DNA of 64,000 nucleotides from Giardia intestinalis (Eukaryota): NCBI GenBank assembly GCA_000002435.2, contig CM018793.1; one strand, 5' to 3'. Shown piece by piece: positions 56,414 to 64,000 of this stretch (position 1 is its first letter; each line of letters starts with the position of its first letter). The notes under the pieces were generated by a model. It saw only the letters and a program-made list of their open reading frames with translations, ran no database searches and was not told where the DNA came from. The position numbers and the translations under genes were made by a program.

Positions 56414-58315
56414 ATGTTCGAGAAAATCATCTTCGGAATCGCCATCCTGCAAGTGGTATGGGCAGCAACGACATGCACAGAGGCTAGCAGTGACCCGCAA
56501 ACAGGACAGTGCGCAACAGGAAAGTGCGACGTCTGGATTGGGGGCTCAAACTTCTGCTCCCAGTGCTCGACAGCAGCAGAATACCTTATCAACGGACTCT
56601 GTTATCCAGATAACAAAGACAACGGATGCGAGGGACAGCCATCTACTGGCGTTTGCACCCAGTGTGCTCAGGGCTTCTTCCTGCACAGGGGAGGGTGCTA
56701 CAAGATAGGGACGGAGCCGGGGAATCTCATTTGCGAGGACACGCAGGCGTCACAAACTCAAGGGGTCTGCGAGGCGTGCAGCTCGGGATATTTCAAGAAT
56801 CCAGCTGCTGATGCTGCAGGGACGCCACCCTGTATAGCATGCAACGACACGGTCGGTAACAGTAATAACGTGGGGATCGCCAACTGTAAGACGTGCGCCT
56901 CTCCCAGTGCAGCCGGAACTGAGAATGCACCACAGACCGCCACGTGCACAGCATGCGTGGACGGGTTCTCCCCGGATTCTACTGGGAAGACATGCGTAGC
57001 GGTACAATGCGCAGAGAACTGCCTGACCTGCACCAGCAGTGGAGAAGACAAGTGCAAGTCATGTAAGGATGGCTACTTCCTGGGCGCAGCCTCTGGTGGA
57101 GAGGGCAAGTGCATCAAGTGCAATGACACAACAGGAGCTAACAGCTACAAAGGAATTGCTAACTGCGCCAAGTGCACTCAGCCACAGAGTGCTGGCCCTG
57201 CAGTTTGCACTGAGTGCGCCGCAGACCTCTACTTGAAAATAGATAGAGGCGTTATGGAGTGCGTCGCGGCAGCAGGATGCGGCGAGGGCTTCTTCCCGAC
57301 AACCGTCGGCGGTGTTAAGAAGTGTATTGGCTGTAGTGAAGCCGGAAACGGTGGCATAGACAAATGCGCAAAGTGCACGCTTAAGACGCCTGCTCCTGAG
57401 GCAGGAGTCAAGGTCACCTGCTCTGAGTGCGACAGTCAAAAGAAGCTTAGCCCCCTCAAGGACGAGTGCATGGACAGCTGCCCCGCCGGGACATACGACA
57501 AGCAAAACGTCTGTACCCCTTGCCACTCGTCGTGCGCCAGCTGCACAGATGCGACCAGCACTACTTGCACCGCATGCTACCCTGGGTTTGTGTTGAACGC
57601 TGCATCCGGTGCGTCTGCTGGCACATGCATCCCAGAGTGCACAGGACAGTACGCAGAGAACTGTGCAGATGGACAATGCACGGCCATCGTTGGGGGCTCG
57701 AAGTACTGCAGCAAGTGCAAGGCCGGATACGTTCCAGTGGACGGCGTCTGTGTGTCGACAACGACAAGAGCAGTAACTGGATGCACCCCGGGTGATGGGG
57801 TATGTACTGCGTGTACAGGTTCATACTTTCTGCAATCGGGTGGGTGCTATCAGTCAACAACGTATCCTGGTAATACTCTCTGCTCTAGTGCTACCAATGG
57901 AAAGTGCCAGACATGTGCCAACGGGCAAACAGCAGATAACCAAGGCTCCTGCCCGGCGTGTCCGGATGGGTGCTCAAAGTGCACGGGAAGTGCTTCTCCA
58001 CAGCAGTGTCAAACTTGTCTCCCCGGATACTACAAGTCCGGGGATAGCTGCGTGAAGTGTGATGCTAGTGCCAACGGAATAGTTGGTGTGCCTAATTGCA
58101 TAAGCTGCGCTCCTCCAGCTGGTGGTAGTGGCTCTGTTACTTGCTATGTTAAAACAGATGGCACTAGTGGTGGTGATGATAACACCGGTGGTAGCGCCAA
58201 CAGGAGCGGCCTCAGCACAGGCGCCATAGCGGGGATCTCCGTCGCTGTCATCGTCGTCGTGGCCGGCCTCGTGGGCTTCCTCTGCTGGTGGTTCATATGC
58301 AGGGGGAAGGCGTGA
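56414..58315 (+). CDS. Variant-specific surface protein (VSP), intact.
   Basis: Signal peptide MFEKIIFGIAILQVVWAATTC (ATG 56414; the track start at 56174 is TTG). Has CXXC and GGCY modules and ends GLSTGAIAGISVAVIVVVAGLVGFLCWWFICRGKA*. Followed by CTTAGGTAGTAAAC. Confidence 0.9.
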   Translation: MFEKIIFGIAILQVVWAATTCTEASSDPQTGQCATGKCDVWIGGSNFCSQCSTAAEYLINGLCYPDNKDNGCEGQPSTGVCTQCAQGFFLHRGGCYKIGTEPGNLICEDTQASQTQGVCEACSSGYFKNPAADAAGTPPCIACNDTVGNSNNVGIANCKTCASPSAAGTENAPQTATCTACVDGFSPDSTGKTCVAVQCAENCLTCTSSGEDKCKSCKDGYFLGAASGGEGKCIKCNDTTGANSYKGIANCAKCTQPQSAGPAVCTECAADLYLKIDRGVMECVAAAGCGEGFFPTTVGGVKKCIGCSEAGNGGIDKCAKCTLKTPAPEAGVKVTCSECDSQKKLSPLKDECMDSCPAGTYDKQNVCTPCHSSCASCTDATSTTCTACYPGFVLNAASGASAGTCIPECTGQYAENCADGQCTAIVGGSKYCSKCKAGYVPVDGVCVSTTTRAVTGCTPGDGVCTACTGSYFLQSGGCYQSTTYPGNTLCSSATNGKCQTCANGQTADNQGSCPACPDGCSKCTGSASPQQCQTCLPGYYKSGDSCVKCDASANGIVGVPNCISCAPPAGGSGSVTCYVKTDGTSGGDDNTGGSANRSGLSTGAIAGISVAVIVVVAGLVGFLCWWFICRGKA

Positions 58316-58322
58316 CTTAGGT

Positions 58323-58329
58323 AGTAAAC
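58323..58329 (+). terminator. Giardia polyadenylation signal AGTAAAC downstream of the VSP stop.
   Basis: tgaCTTAGGTAGTAAACgcg; the same 17-nt string follows the other VSP (18745–18761 on the minus strand). Confidence 0.7.
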
Positions 58330-58920
58330 GCGTTGCTGTATATGGCTTATATAAATGTGCTGCTGGGGCTATCTGAGAGCGGTCCAGAGATCATGCGAGT
58401 GGACCCGTTCCTTCCTGGCCGTGTCCGGAGACAAACGTTGGTCATGGATGATATAACAAGGAGTGCCCTCCAGTGATATATTCAGAGTCTGGGCATTCCT
58501 CGCCGCTCCATGAGGATATGCTCTGTCTGGATGTCCATGCCGATCTGCCTTGGATTCAGGCCTTCTCGCAGGCTCTCCGCTCTACCAGTGGCGCCTCTCC
58601 TTGGTCTGCCGCCTTGGTGGGTGAAGCCCTGGTCGCTGTCCTTTTTAGATGCTCCCATCTGTCAGGGGCTGCCATCGGGCTCTCCGCTGGCTGTGTCCCG
58701 GGAAGCGCTCCCACAGTCGCGGTCACGCAGGTCTCAGTGGGCCGGCTGGTGGGTGAGGCAGGGGTATGGGGCGGTGAGGCTGGAGGGGCTCCTGGTGGGG
58801 GCTGAGGTGGGCGGTGTTGTATGTGCCTCTGGGTTCGGTGGGTCATTGGGGTGATCCCCGCTCTGTTTGCCAAGGTGGTTGTGTCTGATCTCCAGTCTTC
58901 GTTGTACTCCCGAGACAGAG

Positions 58921-59054
58921 GCACCGACGACCGCACTGGACCCATGGTCGTCCCTCTGCACTAGTGGAGGGAGCCCCTGCTTGCTACCTACAACCACCCC
59001 ATCCTCAGAGGGCCAGGCTTGCTGTCCATGCGGCTTCTGGACACGCCTCAGGCG
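58921..59054 (+). repeat. Copy B of the ~135-bp conserved element (see 26575..26710), 600 bp 3' of the VSP.
   Basis: About 90% identical to the reverse complement of 26575–26710. Confidence 0.7.
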
Positions 59055-59252
59055 GGCCCAGCAGCACATCTCTGGACGTAGTTAGGGTGGAGTGAATCGT
59101 CATTAAGGCAAAACTATTTTATGCTGCATGACTGAAAATACGGGTAAAATCGTATGAGGCATGCATATTAGGGGATAGAAGGAACACACATTAGTGTCAA
59201 TGTTCACTAACTACAGAGTTTGCGCTGAAAAACTCACATGGGATAAAAGAAA

Positions 59253-62096
59253 ATGCAGGGAGTTGTGCAGCTTGGGCGGAAAGTCGCTGACGAGATTAGT
59301 GAAATTAATGAACTGATATCAAACACAGGTGAGTTATTGAAGGAAATTTCCCCTGCAACCACGTGCTCATCGGCGATTGCAACAGTGAAGGCTTCTTCCA
59401 CAGAAAACTCCTCTTTGGTCCACCTTGATGCACAGATACGAGCACTCGAGGCTTCTATAACCACAGCCAAGCAACGTATTATGCAACAGACCATTGAGTC
59501 ACGTATTTGTGAAAATCTGCATAAGTTGACCGAATCCTTAGAATCTTCGCGACACAGGTTCATACATACAGTAGGCGAGAAGGTAAAGGCTCTACAGCAA
59601 GGCCTTCCAGATCTATCTCCACTCTATGCAATGATTTTGTCAGAACCAGAACTGATGGACAGGTCTGTCGTGCCCGCTTCTATTTTGCCCAAAACTCGTA
59701 CAACCGAGGAGCTGAACATCATTCGCGAAGCAATAAGAGAAACTGAGGAGCAGATAAATACATTGCAGGAGAGTATTGGAGACTCGCTTGGGAAGATTCT
59801 TCATCCAAACTTGTATGCGAGCCTCGTTTGTAAGCTTGTGCACGTGTCTGAGCAAGAGCTGCGTAGGCTCATTCTAGAAAAGAGCCGCCTCCTACGCTCT
59901 GTCAGCTCACTTTATTGTCATGGTCGCAGACTAGAGGCGGCCTACAATAAGAATTGTATGGGCTGGAGCAACGCGGTGAGAGAGAACTTCCAATCATCTA
60001 CCGAAAAAGGCAACGACCAATCACTATTATCGGCTGACTTTCTTTTTAAGGATTGTTCAAAAGAAATTCTGGAGCGGCACAGCATAATCTCGACCAAGTT
60101 AGGTCAAGAATATATCATATTTTCTGAGGAGTGTTTTCATTTGAGCCTCTACATGCGTCTTTTCACAGCACGGGTATTGACCATCATGGAGCAGGATAAG
60201 CTTTCCACTGTTGTTAGTTTCAGTCTGGCGGGACTTGGCAAACAGGTTTGTGCTGCTATGCGAACTTTTGCTAGCAAGCTTTCCGAATTTCCTAAGGCCG
60301 ATATCATCCATTTCCTCGATATTTATCTCGGATGTGCTAACCCGGTAGTAGAAAGTACAGAAAGAGCCTATGAGCGTATTAAGCCTGCATTCGAGGAGCT
60401 GTTTCTATCGCTTTCACTCTCTCCTAATTGCATTGGATACAAGGCACTTGCTATCGATACTATGCTTCAAATATTTAACGCGAAATATCACATTGCCAAC
60501 ACTCTTGCTGCTCTGAAAAGTGTGCCAGACGAGGACATTTCTAATACACTATCATCTAGATTATTTGATGACCATACAAAGATATCCGAAGGGTTGGAGC
60601 AAACAAAGACCATTTTACTCCAGCAATATATCGCCTATTTGTACTCCAGCTACCAAGCTGATACAAGCTTATCCAACGTCAGCCAGATTTTTCTCTTTTG
60701 CAGCGACCTTTTTGAAGCGGATCCTTCCTTGCGGATCAGCACAATAAATGATTCTCATAAAACCCTGGGATCGTCTTCATTGAACTCCAAGATAACCAAA
60801 GACATCTCTGCAATACTGTCCATGACTAAAAATGCAATCACCAATGCGGTGTGCTATCAGTATTCGAAGGCGTTTACGGCATCTGAACATTCCAGCCTTG
60901 CACAGTTGCTCAACAACGGGGTGCTCAATGAAAATAAATTTAAAGCAGATGCAATTATCAATTTAGAGGCATGTTTGCGGATCCTTAAGCATCGGGATAA
61001 CTATTTTCTAACATCAATACTTTCTATGCAAGACTTTCAAGATCAGCTTAACATTGAGCAAAGTTACTTGGCTACGCAAGCTATCTCCATTAAGAAGACG
61101 TTGACATCCATCGAGCAAGAGATCCGTCAGGAGGTCCCTTCGATAGGTACCAGCAAAGGAGTCATCTCTCAATTCTATCAGCAATTTCTCGCCTGGGAAG
61201 AGAACTTTAGATCTGCACACGCTCTTTATTTAACATCCACCGTCAGTACTATCAGTGTCTACGTTCATAACTATCTCTTAGATTGTGCAAGCAAACTATC
61301 AAAGGCAGCTACTGCTCTGTGCGAGCCGCTTGACTCTAAGTACACAGAGCTAATCGGTGTCTTAGATAGCATAGATGCACTTGCAGAGGAAACATCTACA
61401 AAGAGCTTGTTCTACTCCGATGACAGTGTCACAAGACGGCTTGAATCGATAGACGAGCTCTACCGCTCTATTGAAGATGACATCCAGGGTGTTACAGATT
61501 TTGTTACCGAGTGCATCACACTTATCGATCGAGCCCTAGTCCACATCCCAATATTGGAAGATATGATCGCCCCTGAGAAGGCGACACTTGACCAAAACGA
61601 GAGGTCGATAGTCACTTCCCTTGCAGATAGCTGTGCAAGCAAGGACCTTCTGAAGACAGTTCGAGACCAAGAGGTTCCACAATTAGCGAGTGATGCATGC
61701 CTTGCTCCTCTCCTAGACATCCCTGTTCTTAGTAGTAAGTTATTTACAGATTTGGACGTTCTCTCTACCACATACATGGCTTCTGGGGCTAAGGGACTGT
61801 CGACGCTACTGAGTCAATCACAGGAAAAGCTCTCTGAACTGCACGCAAAACACGACGCAGAAATTCACCTAGAAAAGAGGGAGCGGATGGAGCAGATAAG
61901 TGGGCACATTAAAAAAATCACACAGATCGCCAAAGAGATGAACCTCTCTGTGAGAGGATCAACCTCACCGCTTCGCCAGCTCGATCTGCTACTTGGAGAT
62001 GCTCTTTCTATTGCCACTACCTCTGTAGAGCGTCCGCCTAAAGAAAAGTGCATGTTAGGTGCTTCTATAAGTTCTGCATTGACACTCTTAAATTAA
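59253..62096 (+). CDS. Large hypothetical protein (947 aa), mostly alpha-helical with no recognisable domain.
   Basis: ATG verified, in the context ggataaaagaaaATG. Uninterrupted 2.8-kb ORF. Confidence 0.75.
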   Translation: MQGVVQLGRKVADEISEINELISNTGELLKEISPATTCSSAIATVKASSTENSSLVHLDAQIRALEASITTAKQRIMQQTIESRICENLHKLTESLESSRHRFIHTVGEKVKALQQGLPDLSPLYAMILSEPELMDRSVVPASILPKTRTTEELNIIREAIRETEEQINTLQESIGDSLGKILHPNLYASLVCKLVHVSEQELRRLILEKSRLLRSVSSLYCHGRRLEAAYNKNCMGWSNAVRENFQSSTEKGNDQSLLSADFLFKDCSKEILERHSIISTKLGQEYIIFSEECFHLSLYMRLFTARVLTIMEQDKLSTVVSFSLAGLGKQVCAAMRTFASKLSEFPKADIIHFLDIYLGCANPVVESTERAYERIKPAFEELFLSLSLSPNCIGYKALAIDTMLQIFNAKYHIANTLAALKSVPDEDISNTLSSRLFDDHTKISEGLEQTKTILLQQYIAYLYSSYQADTSLSNVSQIFLFCSDLFEADPSLRISTINDSHKTLGSSSLNSKITKDISAILSMTKNAITNAVCYQYSKAFTASEHSSLAQLLNNGVLNENKFKADAIINLEACLRILKHRDNYFLTSILSMQDFQDQLNIEQSYLATQAISIKKTLTSIEQEIRQEVPSIGTSKGVISQFYQQFLAWEENFRSAHALYLTSTVSTISVYVHNYLLDCASKLSKAATALCEPLDSKYTELIGVLDSIDALAEETSTKSLFYSDDSVTRRLESIDELYRSIEDDIQGVTDFVTECITLIDRALVHIPILEDMIAPEKATLDQNERSIVTSLADSCASKDLLKTVRDQEVPQLASDACLAPLLDIPVLSSKLFTDLDVLSTTYMASGAKGLSTLLSQSQEKLSELHAKHDAEIHLEKRERMEQISGHIKKITQIAKEMNLSVRGSTSPLRQLDLLLGDALSIATTSVERPPKEKCMLGASISSALTLLN

Positions 62097-62141
62097 ACTA
62101 TCCCAGAAAGGGTAAATTGTCCTTTAATTGGAAGGCCGATA

Positions 62142-64000
62142 ATGAGCGGCGCTGTTCGAAGTCAGCAGCAACAGGGATCAGGAAGAGGCCGGAGACGACT
62201 TAAGATACCCGTGGGCAGCCCGGTATCCGTAAATGCCGACCAGAAAGATTCCTCGATTTCCACTGCAAAACCCACTAACTCTAACCTCAACTCGGGGATA
62301 CTCACTCCCCTTCCTCTAGCTCAGCCGAATCTCTTGCCATCCTCCGATGTTACGTTGGCATCAGACAAGCCTTTGAGGGGAGCATCAGATACTTTGAAAC
62401 CGGAGAAACCCATCCATCAACCGATCTCAGCAACGTTCGGCATTGCAGTCCAGCCTGCTCCTGTCCTCAATGTCTCGCTGCCAGATGCCATTTTCCCTCT
62501 GCTTCCCTCCACAAATCCACTGGCCGTTTGTAGGTACATCGACAGCATTCTGAGCTTTTGTGAGACACCGCAGCACCGGCTTTTGTATCTTGCCATCCGC
62601 TTTCGGCTGGAACTCATCTCGACTGACGACAATTACCAGTCGCTGTTTCTTCCCGATGCCTCACCTTTTCTGCAGGAGTTACGTGAGCTAGAGTTAGCGC
62701 AGGCACACTCTAGTTCTTCTACACTAACTGCAACCATGACTTGGCCACATTCTACCCAGCAAGCCCCAGATACTACCCTCGAGGACTATATGAGCTCACA
62801 TTCTATACAAGAGACGTTTGATTTCCTAATAAACACGCGCGACTACTACAATGCATACCTTTTAGCATTTTCCTGCTCAAACAATGTCTGGATTACTCAA
62901 CTCTTCAGTGCTAGCAAAAGCGTGTCCCCCACAGTGCTTCGGTTTCTTAATGACATACTCCCATCCCTCTCCTCCTCTGGTGTGCAGACCAGTGATATTG
63001 ACGCCTGGCCCGCGGTGCTTCTTTGGTTTATCAAGACAATAATACGTGCCCCCAAGGGAAGCTGGAATCCAGATTTCCTAGGTATGCAGAGGCGCTATTT
63101 TCTTAAGTTGCTACTCCACGGCTACATACTCGAAGCACAGCTCTCTGGCATTGCTCTTGGATATATCTTAGAACCAGGATCTTACACCACATTTATTCAA
63201 AACAATGCAAATCTTTTACACGCATCTGTAAGTGCCCTCCTTAATTTTAAACCTGCTACAGCCCTGCCAAACCATATGGTACAGGCAATGTTTATTAATC
63301 CTCAACAGCCTCTTCACAGACAAAAGCTTATGGCATCCACATCATCCATCGAACTCAGAACCAACAATTTGCGTGTTATCACACAAGTCTTTGTCGAGGA
63401 CATCAAGGAAAAGCAGCAAATATCTCCAGAGATGCTCCTTCTTGCAGAGCTAGTCGAGTATACACACATGGCGACCTACTTCTATTGTGCAGCAAAAGTT
63501 CGAGGAAGGTTCTTTCCGCCTGAACCCAAAAGCATCTTCGACTCCAGTATTCATCAGAACCTTACTCTATTTCCCCACTTGCTGCCATACAAAGTTCACG
63601 AGATACTTTCCCGTGGCTACGTTGAGCTAGCCCTACGGTTCCTGCATACGCTACTGGTCATTATCCCCGAGCAATTCACAAACACCCCGTTCGTCACATC
63701 AGCATACGATAATTGTACTATCTTACCCTCAACTGGGAAGGCGTCACTACCTCCTGCTGAGATTCTTCCCACAGCAAATTTGGCAGATGCAATCGGAGTC
63801 ACTAACAATAAAAAGGACAAAAAAGGGCTTCAATCGTTAACTACGCTTGTCTGGCCTGAGCCTAAAGTAAGAACGGTGAAAATCGTGCCAACGGTCCCGT
63901 TCTCTGCAATATTACTTCCACTTTCACCTGTGGCAATGCATGCCTGGTCAGAGCTTACCAGAATTGGAACAGATATTAAGTCCAGAAGAGACACGATGCC
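62142..64000 (+). CDS. Hypothetical protein, 3'-partial (at least 619 aa; continues beyond the right window edge).
   Basis: ATG at 62142. I translated the whole frame codon by codon to position 64000 and found no stop (MSGAVRSQQQQGSGRGRRRLKIPVGSPVS…). It is absent from the ORF track because no stop lies in the window. Confidence 0.6.
   Translation, partial: MSGAVRSQQQQGSGRGRRRLKIPVGSPVSVNADQKDSSISTAKPTNSNLNSGILTPLPLAQPNLLPSSDVTLASDKPLRGASDTLKPEKPIHQPISATFGIAVQPAPVLNVSLPDAIFPLLPSTNPLAVCRYIDSILSFCETPQHRLLYLAIRFRLELISTDDNYQSLFLPDASPFLQELRELELAQAHSSSSTLTATMTWPHSTQQAPDTTLEDYMSSHSIQETFDFLINTRDYYNAYLLAFSCSNNVWITQLFSASKSVSPTVLRFLNDILPSLSSSGVQTSDIDAWPAVLLWFIKTIIRAPKGSWNPDFLGMQRRYFLKLLLHGYILEAQLSGIALGYILEPGSYTTFIQNNANLLHASVSALLNFKPATALPNHMVQAMFINPQQPLHRQKLMASTSSIELRTNNLRVITQVFVEDIKEKQQISPEMLLLAELVEYTHMATYFYCAAKVRGRFFPPEPKSIFDSSIHQNLTLFPHLLPYKVHEILSRGYVELALRFLHTLLVIIPEQFTNTPFVTSAYDNCTILPSTGKASLPPAEILPTANLADAIGVTNNKKDKKGLQSLTTLVWPEPKVRTVKIVPTVPFSAILLPLSPVAMHAWSELTRIGTDIKSRRDTM

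Noticed and set aside
1-64000. Prokaryotic interpretation (operons, CRISPR, phage defence) suggested by the flavohemoglobin and NAD(P)H oxidoreductase hits
   Set aside because: No CRISPR repeats and no Shine-Dalgarno-type spacing or operonic organisation are present. Ribosomal proteins are eukaryotic (eL24, eS17), along with dynein/DRC1, Nup98-like, NEK–ankyrin and VSP genes, which establish a Giardia nuclear origin. The bacterial-type genes are best explained as known or possible lateral transfers.

Overview
This window is eukaryotic. It reads like Giardia intestinalis nuclear DNA, most likely a variable, surface-antigen-rich chromosome region flanked by housekeeping genes. Intron-less genes are tightly packed on both strands, and several divergent starts lie only tens of bp apart with short A-rich initiator contexts (…AAAAATG). 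Two genes end in the VSP hallmark tail …GFLCWWFICRGKA* followed by TGACTTAGGTAGTAAAC, which is the Giardia polyadenylation signal AGTRAAY.

Left third (1–18.3 kb), housekeeping and flagellar genes:
- IU-nucleoside hydrolase
- inner-arm dynein light chain p28
- CAMKL-type Ser/Thr kinase
- ribosomal proteins L24e, L35 and S17e
- zf-HIT protein
- MFS transporter
- DRC1 (nexin–dynein regulatory complex subunit 1)
- a NEK-like pseudokinase with ankyrin repeats
- a head-to-head pair consisting of a stand-alone Nup98-type autoproteolytic-domain homolog and an FG-repeat/beta-propeller protein

Central and right portion (18.7–58.3 kb), a cluster of cysteine-rich surface protein genes, plus:
- the surface-protein cluster itself: two VSPs (one with no in-frame ATG), one VSP-like gene whose CRGKA tail carries a nonsense codon, a 1685-aa EGF-like high-cysteine membrane protein (HCMP), and two paralogous HCMPs ending …RRRR…GTVDEF (one frameshifted)
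- a mosaic family of 3'-flank repeats embedding these genes, including a ~135-bp element found in both orientations
- a degenerate ABCC-type ABC transporter with two in-frame stops
- an SLC35F6-like transporter
- two bacterial-type redox genes, a flavodoxin-fold NAD(P)H oxidoreductase and flavohemoglobin
- a candidate BPI-fold lipid-binding protein
- a multi-pass membrane protein with a (CDC)n Cys/Asp cluster
- two unusually long ORF-free tracts

Two ORFs run off the window edges and are missing from the supplied ORF track. The track also uses TTG/GTG/CTG as starts for several ORFs, so I re-derived the starts. I found no tRNA, rRNA or CRISPR features.
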